Shown here piece after piece: positions 1 to 9,386 of a DNA stretch of 64,000 nt. The translations under genes and the position numbers were made by a program. The stretch comes from an uncultured Candidatus Rokubacteria bacterium (GTDB taxonomy: Bacteria > Methylomirabilota > Methylomirabilia > Rokubacteriales > DASRDR01). The DNA lies in NCBI GenBank assembly GCA_963805625.1, contig CAWDVE010000017.1, positions 704,001-768,000 on the forward strand, read 5' to 3'. Every line of letters starts with the position of its first letter. The first letter of the stretch is position 1. Below the pieces are notes generated by a model. The model saw nothing but the letters and a program-made list of their open reading frames with translations, was not told the origin of the DNA and made no database searches.

Positions 1-516
1 GGGCTCGCAGCCGGGAGCTACGAGCCGGTCAACACCCTCGAGCCGGACAAGGTGGCGGCGCTGGTCGCCAAGCAAGTGGAGGCGAGCGTCAGCACCGAGC
101 CTTTCATCTCCGTCGCCGAGGAGCAGGGGCTGGCCCGGTCGCTCGTGAGCTTCGAGACGTACGACCCGATTCCCGTGGTCCTCGCCGCCGGCGCCGGCGT
201 CGCTGACAAGCGCCGCGATGCCACGGTGCAGTTCCTCCGCGGCTGGACCACCACGGCGCGGTTGTTCCGGGACGACCCCCAGCGGGCCGCAAACGTCATG
301 ACCGAGGTCCTGAACGAGCGGGGCTACCAGGTGACGCCGGCGGTGGTGCGGAAGGCCCTGGGGCGCTTCGACGTCAAGGTGGACATGGGCCCGGAGCTCC
401 GCGCCTACACCGTGGCGGAGGCCGAGAGCCTCCTCAAGGCGGGGCGGATCAAGACCATGCCGGACTGGGACCGGGCGCTCCGACGCGACCTGCTCGAGCA
501 GGCGATGAAGGGGTGA
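1..516 (+). CDS. NitT/TauT-family ABC substrate-binding protein, C-terminal part (5' truncated by window edge)
   Basis: Frame open from base 1 to TGA 514-516; 'STEPFISVAE', 'FLRGW...DPQRAA' typical of SsuA/TauA-like proteins; upstream of matching permeases and ATPase. Confidence 0.8.
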   Translation, partial: GLAAGSYEPVNTLEPDKVAALVAKQVEASVSTEPFISVAEEQGLARSLVSFETYDPIPVVLAAGAGVADKRRDATVQFLRGWTTTARLFRDDPQRAANVMTEVLNERGYQVTPAVVRKALGRFDVKVDMGPELRAYTVAEAESLLKAGRIKTMPDWDRALRRDLLEQAMKG

Positions 517-546
517 GGGGCAAGCGAACGGCGATGATTTGAGGTA

Positions 547-781
547 GTGCGGCTCAAGGTGGACGTTATCGTCAAGGGGGGTGCGATCGTGACCCGTCAC
601 GCCAAGGGCGCCACCAGGGCGATCCCCGTCGTAATGGCGCAGGATACCTGTTGGGGACGGGTCCGTTGCCAGTCTGGCGCGACCTGGCGGGAACACTGCT
701 ATCAACCTCAGGGATGCGAAGGCGATCGGGTTGACGATCCCACAGTCGCTCCTGCTCAAGGCAGACGAGATCATCAAGTGA
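547..781 (+). pseudogene. Relic of PF04392-type ABC substrate-binding protein (frameshifted, internally deleted)
   Basis: VRLKVDVIVKGG..AKGATRAIPVVMAQD, then in another frame PVGDGSVASLARPGGNT joined directly to the family C-terminal motif INLRDAKAIGLTIPQSLLLKADEIIK-stop. Confidence 0.8.
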
Positions 782-1617
782 GCCCGGGCGTTGGAGCAGT
801 CGCCCGGCCGGCGCATCACGCAGGGCCGGAGGCCCGCGAGCGAACCGAGGCGGGGCGGCTCCGTGATGCCGGCGAGTTCCTCTTACCCTTCGCGGTGGCG
901 GCGGTGGCGTGGGAGCTCTTCGCCGCCTTCGGCCCGCTGCCGGCCAAGCTCTTCCCGAGCCTCGGGACCGTGGCCCAGGCCTTCTGGCGCCTGCTGGCCT
1001 CCGGTATCCTCCTCGCCCACGCCCAAGGCACCCTCGTCCGCCTGCTCTTCGGGTTCCTGCTCGCAGCCACCCTGGGGGTCACGGTTGGGATCGCGATGGG
1101 CCGCTACCGCTGGGCCGAGGACCTGCTGCTCCCGCTCGTCAGCATCGGCAGCCCGATCCCCGGCCTCGCCTACGCGCCGCTCTTCATCCTCTGGTTCGGC
1201 CTCGGCAACCTGCCCGCCGTGCTCCTCGTCGCCGTGGCCGCTGCCTTTCCGGCCGCGCTCAACACCTGGACGGGCGTGAGAGCCGTGAAGGAGATCTGGC
1301 TCCGGGCGGCCAAGGGGATGGGGGCGCCGGAGCGCCAGCTCTTCCGCAAGGTGGTCCTGCCCGGCGCCCTCCCGTACATCCTGACCGGGCTTCGGCTGGC
1401 CCTGGCTCGCGCCTGGCGGGTGCTGGTCGCGGTGGAGATGCTGACCTCGGTGCCCCGCGGGCTCGGCTGGCTCATCTTCGGCGCGCGCGAGTTTCTCAAC
1501 ACCGACGTCATGCTGGCGGGGATCGCGGTGATCGGGCTCATCGGCCTCTTGCTGGAACGCGTCGTCTTCGAGCGGCTCGAGCGGTTCACGGTGGTCCGCT
1601 GGGGGATGATGGCGTGA
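778..1617 (+). CDS. NitT/TauT ABC transporter permease
   Basis: Hydrophobic helices, 'PLFILWFGLG', EAA-like loop 'AAKGMGA..QLFRKVVLPGALP'; GTG at 778 is a more plausible start than 547. Confidence 0.9.
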   Translation: MSPGVGAVARPAHHAGPEARERTEAGRLRDAGEFLLPFAVAAVAWELFAAFGPLPAKLFPSLGTVAQAFWRLLASGILLAHAQGTLVRLLFGFLLAATLGVTVGIAMGRYRWAEDLLLPLVSIGSPIPGLAYAPLFILWFGLGNLPAVLLVAVAAAFPAALNTWTGVRAVKEIWLRAAKGMGAPERQLFRKVVLPGALPYILTGLRLALARAWRVLVAVEMLTSVPRGLGWLIFGAREFLNTDVMLAGIAVIGLIGLLLERVVFERLERFTVVRWGMMA

Positions 1618-2411
1618 TCGCGTCCGTCCGGTCCGGCGCCTGGCGGCCGCTCGTGCCGGGGGCAGCGGGCGTGATCCTCTTCGGACTCGCCTGGGAGGCA
1701 TTCGCCCGAAGCCACCTCTTCGCCCCAGTGCTCACTCCCACCGTGGGGACCATCGTCGTCGCCCTCGGACGGATGGTCCTCGACGGGTCGCTCTTCGGCC
1801 ACGTCGCGATCACCCTCTACCGCGTCCTGTCGGGGCTGGTGCTGGCGTCGGTCGTCGGCGTCCCGCTCGGCATGCTCATGGGGCGATGGCGCCCGGCCGA
1901 GCGGTTCTTCCTCCCGCTCATGAGCGTGCTGATGCCGATCCCGTCGCTCGCCTGGGTGCCGCTGTTCATCCTCTGGTTTGGTCTCGGCAACACGGCGACG
2001 ATCATGCTGGTCTTCTACGCGGCGACGTTCCCACTGATCTACAACACCTGGACCGGCGTGCGGTCGATTAACCGGCTCTGGCTTCGGGCAGCCACCGCCA
2101 TGGGAGCCGACGAGCGCGCGCTCTTTCGGAAGGTGGTCCTGCCGGGATCGCTCCCGTTCGTGATCACGGGGCTCCGGCAGGCCTTCGCCCGCTCCTGGAT
2201 CGCGGTCGTGGGCGGCGAGATGATCGCCGCCAGCGCTTGGGGTCTCGGGTGGGTGATCTTCGATGCCAAGGAGTTCCTCAACACGGACGTGATGATGGGC
2301 GTCCTCGCCGTCATCGGCGGCGTCGGGCTTCTTTTCGAGCGTGTCGTCTTCCAGACGCTCGAGGCCCGCTCGGTGGCGCGCTGGGGGATGCTCCGGACGG
2401 TGAAGGCATGA
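1614..2411 (+). CDS. NitT/TauT ABC transporter permease (second)
   Basis: GTGA overlap with previous stop; 'PIPSLAWVPLFILWFGLG', 'AATAMGADERALFRKVVLPG'. Confidence 0.9.
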   Translation: MIASVRSGAWRPLVPGAAGVILFGLAWEAFARSHLFAPVLTPTVGTIVVALGRMVLDGSLFGHVAITLYRVLSGLVLASVVGVPLGMLMGRWRPAERFFLPLMSVLMPIPSLAWVPLFILWFGLGNTATIMLVFYAATFPLIYNTWTGVRSINRLWLRAATAMGADERALFRKVVLPGSLPFVITGLRQAFARSWIAVVGGEMIAASAWGLGWVIFDAKEFLNTDVMMGVLAVIGGVGLLFERVVFQTLEARSVARWGMLRTVKA

Positions 2412-3244
2412 GGCAACCCCAGATCGAACCCTCGCCACTGGCGCATCCCGACGTTCCTCATGGACCGTTGCCTCGAACCTCGTTGAGTCAGATCGAGGTT
2501 CGCGGCGTCACCCAGGAGTACGAGACAGGCGACCGCCGGATCATCGCGCTTCGCGACGTGAGCTTCACGGTGGGGGCCTCCGAGTTCGTCTGCGTGCTCG
2601 GCCAGTCGGGCTGCGGCAAGACGACCCTTCTGAATCTCCTGGCCGGGTTCCTCGTCCCGACGGGGGGGGAGATCCTGGTCGACGGCAAGGCCGTGAGCGG
2701 GAAGGGGGGCGACCGCGGCATCGTCTTCCAGGACTTCGCCCAACTCTTCCCCTGGCGGACCGCGCAGCGCAACGTCGAGTTCGGTCTGGAGATGCGGAGC
2801 GTCCCCGGCCCTGAGCGGCGCGAGATCGCGCTGCGGCATCTGCGACTAGTGAAGCTCGAGCCGTTCGCGGGCGCCTACCCCCACCAGCTGTCGGGCGGGA
2901 TGCAACAGCGTGTGGCCATCGCGCGGGCGCTCGCCTACGATCCTTCGGTGCTGCTGATGGATGAGCCCTTCGCCGCCCTGGACGCGATGACCCGCGAGGA
3001 GATGCAGCGGCTACTGGTCGAGGTGTGGCAGAAGACAGGGAAGACCGTTGTCTACGTCACCCACAACGTGGCCGAGGCGGTCTATCTCGCCGACCGGATC
3101 GTCATCCTCACGCCGCACCCGGGGACGGTCAAGACCGAGCTAAAGGTCACGCTGCCCCGGATGCGCGACCCGCTGGTGGTGGAGTTCCTCGAGTATCAGC
3201 GGGAGGTGATCGGTCACCTGACGGGGCAACCCGAGGGACGCTGA
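2408..3244 (+). CDS. NitT/TauT ABC transporter ATP-binding protein
   Basis: ATGA overlap; Walker A GQSGCGKT, signature LSGGMQQR, Walker B LLMDEPF, H-loop VTH. Confidence 0.95.
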   Translation: MRQPQIEPSPLAHPDVPHGPLPRTSLSQIEVRGVTQEYETGDRRIIALRDVSFTVGASEFVCVLGQSGCGKTTLLNLLAGFLVPTGGEILVDGKAVSGKGGDRGIVFQDFAQLFPWRTAQRNVEFGLEMRSVPGPERREIALRHLRLVKLEPFAGAYPHQLSGGMQQRVAIARALAYDPSVLLMDEPFAALDAMTREEMQRLLVEVWQKTGKTVVYVTHNVAEAVYLADRIVILTPHPGTVKTELKVTLPRMRDPLVVEFLEYQREVIGHLTGQPEGR

Positions 3245-3431
3245 CCCGAGGGCTCGCGCCCGCCGAAGAGGGCGTCTTCGCGCGACGCCACGGGCACACC
3301 GGATCTCGTTCGGCCGAGGCGGGGCTGACACCACCCTCGCCTGAGGAACCGGGTCTCAGGCACTTGCTCCACTCAGGCCGATCAGAGTACACTCCGCCGA
3401 CCGAGCTCCCAGTCGGGTGACGGAGGGTCCG

Positions 3432-5066
3432 ATGTCAGTTGCCCACAAGGTTGGCGCTCGGATCGCCGACCTCCGCGTGGGGGTAGGATTCCTGTCGAGA
3501 CTGCCGGGTTTTCTCCGGCGTCCCGTCGGCCCCGAGGAAGCGCGCACGACGCTCCGGCGACGCCTCGAGCGGCGCGGGCCCGATTTCCTGGCGCTGGTGA
3601 AGCGTGCGGTCTACGAGCATCCCGACAGCCCGTACCGGCAGCTTCTGCAACTGGCTGGCTGCGAGTACGGCGACCTGGAGCGCCTGGTGGCGGAGGACGG
3701 TCTGGAGGGAGCCCTCCGAACGCTCCTCCGTCACGGAGTCTATCTGACCGTGAGCGAGCTCAAGGGCCGTCGCACAGTCACGCGAGGCAGCGCGACCGTC
3801 ATGTTCGAGCCGGCGGGGCTCCGGAATCCCCGGGCCGCCCTGCACGTTCCAGTCGCGAGCAGTGGCAGTCGCGGTGTGAGCGCGGTTGTCTCCCTCGATC
3901 TCGTCTTTCTCCGCGACACGGCCGTGGATCAGGGCCTGGTTCTCGCAGCGCGTCATGGCTCGCAGTGGCGCCACGCGATCTGGAGCGTTCCGGGCGGTGC
4001 CGGCTTCAAACAGATCCTGAAGTTCAGCGGTTGCGCGGCACCCCCGGAGCGGTGGTTCTCCCAGCTGGATCCTGCGACACCGGGACTGGACCCGCGCTAC
4101 AGGTGGACGACGGAGCTGATCTGCCGGGGAAGCGCCCTGGCCGGCGTCCCGCTCCCGCGTCCCCGCTACGTTCCGGTTGATGACCCGCTACCGATCGCGC
4201 GCTGGATGGCGGAGGTGCTCCGGGCCGGGGATACACCGCATGTCCACACCTTCGTCAGCTCGGCGGTGCGCCTCTGCCAAGCCGCGCACGCCGCCGGCCT
4301 GAGCCTGGACGGAGTGGAGTTCTCCGTGTGCGGCGAGCCGATCACCGCCACGCGCCTGGCCGAGATTCGCCGGGCGGGTGCAGAGGCCGTGTCACAGTAC
4401 GGCACCGCCGAGACGAGCACGATCGGTTTCGGATGCTTGTCGCGCGCAGCGCCCGACGAGGTCCATCTCCTCGACGACATGCACGCGATGATCCAGGCCG
4501 GAGATGCCGCACCGGGCCGCGAGCTGCCGCCCAGCGGCGTTCTCGTGACCTCCCTCCGCCCCACGGCGCCGCTGATGCTCCTCAACGTCTCGCTCGGGGA
4601 TCAGGCGGTCGTCAGCCGACGGACCTGCGGATGTCCGCTCGACGAGCTGGGGTGGACGACCCATCTCCACGGCGTTCGAAGCTACGAGAAGCTGACGGCG
4701 GGCGGGATGACCTTCCTCGACACCGACCTCATCCGAGTCCTGGAGGAGGTGCTCCCCGCGCGGTTTGGGGGCGGCTCGACGGACTACCAGCTCCTTGAGA
4801 CCGAGGCCGGGGATGGCCGTCCGCGGCTACGGCTGCTCGCGAATCCGTCCCTTGGGGCCCTGGACGAAAAGGCCTTGGCCGAGGCCTTCCTGACGGCGAT
4901 CGCCCCGGGCACCGGAACCGAGCGCGTCATGGGACTCGTGTGGCGGGAGGCAGGTTTGGTCGAAGTGGAGCGCCAGCGGCCGCGTAGCACGTCCACCGGA
5001 AAGATCCTCCACCTCTCCACGACGGCTCGGGGGCGAGCAGCGACGGCTGCGACGAGATCGGGCTGA
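3432..5066 (+). CDS. Phenylacetate-CoA ligase/F390-synthetase-like ANL adenylating protein
   Basis: GGAGG RBS before ATG 3432; motifs SSGSRG, CGEP, QYGTAET, CGCP, C-terminal STGKILH. Confidence 0.65.
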   Translation: MSVAHKVGARIADLRVGVGFLSRLPGFLRRPVGPEEARTTLRRRLERRGPDFLALVKRAVYEHPDSPYRQLLQLAGCEYGDLERLVAEDGLEGALRTLLRHGVYLTVSELKGRRTVTRGSATVMFEPAGLRNPRAALHVPVASSGSRGVSAVVSLDLVFLRDTAVDQGLVLAARHGSQWRHAIWSVPGGAGFKQILKFSGCAAPPERWFSQLDPATPGLDPRYRWTTELICRGSALAGVPLPRPRYVPVDDPLPIARWMAEVLRAGDTPHVHTFVSSAVRLCQAAHAAGLSLDGVEFSVCGEPITATRLAEIRRAGAEAVSQYGTAETSTIGFGCLSRAAPDEVHLLDDMHAMIQAGDAAPGRELPPSGVLVTSLRPTAPLMLLNVSLGDQAVVSRRTCGCPLDELGWTTHLHGVRSYEKLTAGGMTFLDTDLIRVLEEVLPARFGGGSTDYQLLETEAGDGRPRLRLLANPSLGALDEKALAEAFLTAIAPGTGTERVMGLVWREAGLVEVERQRPRSTSTGKILHLSTTARGRAATAATRSG

Positions 5067-5080
5067 TCCAGGACGGCATC

Positions 5081-5830
5081 TTGTCGAGTCCACGCCCCCG
5101 CCGAGTTCTGCGCGCCGTGGCCTGGAGCATCGGCGACATTGGATGGCTCTACAGACTCAGTACGAAAGTCGGCCTACGCCGTTGCCTTGAAAGGCTGGAG
5201 CTGAACCACATCTCCCACGGCCCGCAAGGCATCGAGGAGGTCGGCCATCGGCGGTATGTCGGTGGCCGCTGGGAGCGAGCCGGCCGCTGGCAGCTCGAGT
5301 TCATGCGGTCTCAGGGTCTGAAGCCTCACCATCACCTCGTCGACATCGGATGTGGAGCTCTTCGGGGCGGCGTTCATTTCATTCGCTACTTGGATCCTGG
5401 TCACTATCTCGGTGTGGACAAGGAACGACTGCTGATCGAAGCCGGGGCGGAGCAGGAGCTAGGCCGAGCCTTGCGAGAGCTCAAGAAGCCCCAGTTGGTA
5501 GTTTCGTCCGCATTCGACTTCGAACACTTTGCGATGAGGCCGGACTACGCTCTGGCGCAGTCGGTGTTCACACACCTGCCACCTGGGCTGATCGCGCAAT
5601 GCTTGCGCGGACTTCGTGTGGTCATTCCGCCCCATGGAGTCTTCTTCGCCACGTACCATGAGTCAGAGCGGGAGATCACGAACCCCGAGCACGCGCATGA
5701 CCATCGAGCCTTTCGCTACACCAGGCGCCAGATGCTGGACTTCGGGCGCGCTTGCGGGTGGCGCATGGAGTATCGCGGGGTTGGAGAGCATCCTCGCGGT
5801 CAGAGCGTTGTGAAGTACATGCCCTGCTGA
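5081..5830 (+). CDS. Class I SAM-dependent methyltransferase
   Basis: Motif I 'LVDIGCGALRGG', 'YLGVD', 'AQSVFTHL'; start uncertain. Confidence 0.85.
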   Translation: MSSPRPRRVLRAVAWSIGDIGWLYRLSTKVGLRRCLERLELNHISHGPQGIEEVGHRRYVGGRWERAGRWQLEFMRSQGLKPHHHLVDIGCGALRGGVHFIRYLDPGHYLGVDKERLLIEAGAEQELGRALRELKKPQLVVSSAFDFEHFAMRPDYALAQSVFTHLPPGLIAQCLRGLRVVIPPHGVFFATYHESEREITNPEHAHDHRAFRYTRRQMLDFGRACGWRMEYRGVGEHPRGQSVVKYMPC

Positions 5831-5939
5831 TTGGCCCGAAGAGGAGCTTCTCGCAAACCGTCGTCGAGAACAGTCGCTTGCCTCCCGCTGCCACCGCCAT
5901 GTCGAGAGCGCTCGCCGGTCCTCGGGATGACCCTCGACC

Positions 5940-6327
5940 TGAACGCCGCGCACGATCTGCACGGCCTCCTCGAGCTGCCGCTGGCGCTGACGGATCGGCT
6001 CGAAAGGGATGCCGAGCTGCCGATACTCAGGCTCGTCGTCGCCCATCCCCAGCCCGAGGATCAGCCGCCCACAGCTGAGGCGATCCACGTCGGCCGCCTG
6101 GCGCGCGAGCAGCACCGGGTGGCGGTAGTGGATGGACGCCACGAGGACACCGAGCCGGATTCGAGTCGTCGACACCGCGAGCGCGCTGAAGATCGTCCAG
6201 CAGTCCGCATTCCGGGTCTGGTGGTCACCCCGGACGTAGGCGTCAAACCCCCAGGCTTCGAGGCGCGGACGTAGGCCAGCACATCGGGCCAGTTGCCCCT
6301 GATGAAATTGTAGACCGCGAAGCGAAC
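5940..6327 (-). pseudogene. LLM-class flavin-dependent oxidoreductase relic (N-terminal half, frameshifted)
   Basis: VRFAVY..., frameshift near 6262, then GFDAYVRGDH, 'LAVSTTRIRLGVLV', 'RHPVLLARQAADVDRLSCGRLILGLGMG'; resemblance stops near 5940. Confidence 0.8.
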
Positions 6328-6701
6328 GCGACGCTGCCCTTCGGCAACCCAGGGATGCCCTGCTCGAGCGCGAGGCTCCGAGACCATTGCGCTCGTCTTT
6401 GACCTCATCGAATCCGAGACAGGCGGATGACGCCGGGCGTGTGTACCAACGCCAGCATGCCGTGCTTGCGACTCCAGGCCTCGTCCGGCTCTGGCGTGTC
6501 CGCGAAGCGAAAGCCCAGCACCCGATGGACTCCTTGTCGCCGGGTCCTCCGTTCGTTAACGTCCGCACCAGAACGTGATCGGGAACGGGCCATCCCGAGA
6601 ATGGTGAACGAGTCGCAAATTCAGGCCGATGGCTCGTCTCGGCCGCGATCCTGACACACGTCACTCGGGCAAGCAAGTGCCGTGGGCCGGGGCGAGTCCT
6701 T

Positions 6702-6740
6702 CCGGTCGATCGGGCCAGTCGATCGGGCCGGCCGATCGGA
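6702..6740. repeat. Imperfect 13-bp tandem repeat x3
   Basis: ccggtcgatcggg / ccagtcgatcggg / ccggccgatcgga. Confidence 0.6.
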
Positions 6741-6951
6741 GCGTCGGCCGCGGCGGGCAGAGCGGACTTTGACCTCGCGCGCCGCGAGGCTCCGTAGGTC
6801 GCAAGAAACTCCCGAGCTTCGGCTCCCCGCGAGATCGATCTTCTCGCGGTGTCGGGGCGCGTCGGCCGTGCGGACGGATCAATGCCGGCGGATCGTGACG
6901 CGGGCCCCCCCGGCTCGTGGAGGTGGCCCGCGTCGAGCCGACCCGGGACGG

Positions 6952-7554
6952 CTACGCCTTGGGCGCGAGGCCGAGCCGGAGCTCCAGGATCGTCCGGACC
7001 TCCTTGGCGGTGTCCCGCCAGAGGCTCTTCTCTGGAGTCGTGGCGTAGGCGGCCTGGACTTGTGCCCGGAACTCCGCCAACGCAGCCTCCTGCTTGTCCT
7101 GCGGGGCGATGTCGGTCGTCTTGGAGCGGATGGCGAACGACCGCTGTGTGGCGGCGTGGGGACGCTCGATCCAGCGCCCGATCTCGTTCCAGTCCTGGTC
7201 GAAGAAGACGAGGACCGGGATCGAGCGGTAGCCGTTGTTGAGGAACAGATCCGTCAGATCGAGGTTCTGGTCGCGGAAGAAGACCCGCAGTTCGCAGTGC
7301 GGCATCGCCTCGACGATGCGCGCCAGCATCGGCGAGTTGCGGTGCACGTCCCCGCACCAGTTCTCGGCGAGCATCAGCGCGTGGCGCGCCTGCCGGATGC
7401 CCGAGAAGAAGCGCCGCTCGTCCTCGGTCAAGGACGCGTGGTGATAATTCTCCTCGGTGCGGGCGCGCGTGTCGCCCATCTGTGCGAGGTAGTCCTTCCA
7501 GGTCATGCCGGTGGCGAACCGATGGGCGTCGAGCGGGATCTTGAGCTGCGCCAT
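6952..7554 (-). CDS. Thioredoxin-fold protein (Thioredoxin_9-like), monothiol WCGDV
   Basis: 'AENWCGDV', 'RDQNLDLTDLFLNNGYRSIPV', 'WIERP'; AAGGAG RBS. Confidence 0.85.
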   Translation of the reverse strand: MAQLKIPLDAHRFATGMTWKDYLAQMGDTRARTEENYHHASLTEDERRFFSGIRQARHALMLAENWCGDVHRNSPMLARIVEAMPHCELRVFFRDQNLDLTDLFLNNGYRSIPVLVFFDQDWNEIGRWIERPHAATQRSFAIRSKTTDIAPQDKQEAALAEFRAQVQAAYATTPEKSLWRDTAKEVRTILELRLGLAPKA

Positions 7555-7618
7555 GTTGGGAGTCTCCTTTGCGATCAGGTCGGATGTGCAGGCTCTGCGA
7601 CTTCAACCAGCGTATTGC

Positions 7619-7627
7619 ATGTTAGCA
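7619..7627 (-). promoter_or_regulatory. Putative extended -10 element for the thioredoxin-like gene
   Basis: TGcTAACAT on minus strand in an AT-richer intergenic patch. Confidence 0.4.
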
Positions 7628-7654
7628 GATGGCGTCGATCGCCGGGGAACAGGC

Positions 7655-8128
<474 letters not shown>

Positions 8129-8185
8129 GGGATCCTCTTCTCTTCTGCCGCGGGACGGGCGCGCCTGCGCCCGGTCCCCGTGCGA

Positions 8186-8587
8186 TCAGGCGCGACGGAC
8201 CATGAGCTTGACCGCCGGCGCCAGGGTGTTGTGCACGATGCAGCCGCGCTCTGCGATCGTGACCAGCTTGTCGAGGACGTCCGTTGCGAGCGCCGTGCCC
8301 CCAACCTCGAGCTCGATCGCGTCGAAGCGGGGCGGAGCGGCGGCGAGCGTCCCCCGGACCGTCACCTGCAAGCCCTCCACCGGGATGCTGCGCGCCCCCG
8401 CCGCGGCGACGAGGTTGCTCATGAAGCATCCGCCCAGGGCCACCAGCAGCAGCTCGCCCCCCATCGGCCCTTGATCGAGGCCGCCCTTGGGTGTCGGCCG
8501 GTCGATCAGAACCCGGTGGTCTCGGGCGACGCCCTCCGACGTCGACGTGCCGCGCACCTGGGTGATCGTCGCGACGAGGTCGGACAC
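8186..8587 (-). CDS. OsmC/Ohr-family protein
   Basis: 'GG.DQGP.GGELLLVALGGC' and 'AERGCIVHNTL', both Cys conserved. Confidence 0.88.
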   Translation of the reverse strand: MSDLVATITQVRGTSTSEGVARDHRVLIDRPTPKGGLDQGPMGGELLLVALGGCFMSNLVAAAGARSIPVEGLQVTVRGTLAAAPPRFDAIELEVGGTALATDVLDKLVTIAERGCIVHNTLAPAVKLMVRRA

Positions 8588-8784
8588 GGCTCTCCTCCCG
8601 GTGGTCAGAGTGGCCGCGCCTGCCGCGGTCTCCCGGCAAGCGCCCTCATGTTGTTCGACGATTCCGACCGCCTCCGGGATTCCCGGTGAGCGGGGCCGGG
8701 TCGGGCCCGAGTGCCTATGGTACCCTGGCCCGTGTTGGTCGGCGCCCGCCGGCCGGCCCGCTCATCACTCGCAAGGAGGAGCTC

Positions 8785-9291
8785 GTGTCGATCAGGGTCG
8801 GAGATCGTCTGCCGGAAGGTACCCTCACGGAGTTCTACGAGCAGGAAGCTCCGGGCTGCAGCGTCGGCCCCAACAATTTCCACGTGTCCGAGCTGGTCAA
8901 GGGGCGGAAGATCATCATCTTCGGGCTGCCGGGGGCCTTCACCCCGACCTGCTCGGCCAAGCACGTGCCGGGCTACGTCACGACCCACGATCGGCTCCTG
9001 GCCAAGGGCGTCGACGAGATCTGGTGCGTGTCCGTCAACGACGCCTTCGTGATGGGCGCCTGGGGCCGGGATCAGAAGGCCGGGGGCAAGGTCCGCATGA
9101 TGGCCGACGGCAGCGCCACCTACACGAAGGCCCTGGGCCTCGAGATGGACCTGACAGCCCGCGGCATGGGAATCCGCTCGCAGCGCTACTCGATGCTGGT
9201 CGACAACGGCGTCGTGAAGGCGCTCCACGTCGAGCAGCCGGGGAAGTTCGAGGTCAGCGACGCCGAGACCATGCTCCGCGGCCTCGCCTGA
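8785..9291 (+). CDS. Prx5-type (Redoxin) peroxiredoxin
   Basis: AAGGAGG RBS before GTG 8785; 'PGAFTPTCSAKHVPG', 'SVNDAFVMGAWG', 'RSQRYSMLV'. Confidence 0.93.
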   Translation: MSIRVGDRLPEGTLTEFYEQEAPGCSVGPNNFHVSELVKGRKIIIFGLPGAFTPTCSAKHVPGYVTTHDRLLAKGVDEIWCVSVNDAFVMGAWGRDQKAGGKVRMMADGSATYTKALGLEMDLTARGMGIRSQRYSMLVDNGVVKALHVEQPGKFEVSDAETMLRGLA

Positions 9292-9386
9292 CCGGTCCTC
9301 CCCGCACGGCCGCCCCGGCGGTCGTGGCCGCCGCCCCGGCTCCATCGGCCGGAACGCGGCGCGTGTGGCCGCCGGCCGGGGCGCCT

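Noticed and set aside
547-777. ORF-track 77-aa N-terminal extension of the first permease
   Set aside because: It is read-through of the PF04392 relic; GTG 778 fits better
6669-6682. Sigma54-like CGGCACTTGCTTGC on minus strand
   Set aside because: GG-to-GC spacing is 9 nt rather than the required 10
5663-7606. 647-aa minus-strand ORF
   Set aside because: Chimeric read-through; only the LLM segment looks like real protein and the rest shadows the thioredoxin gene
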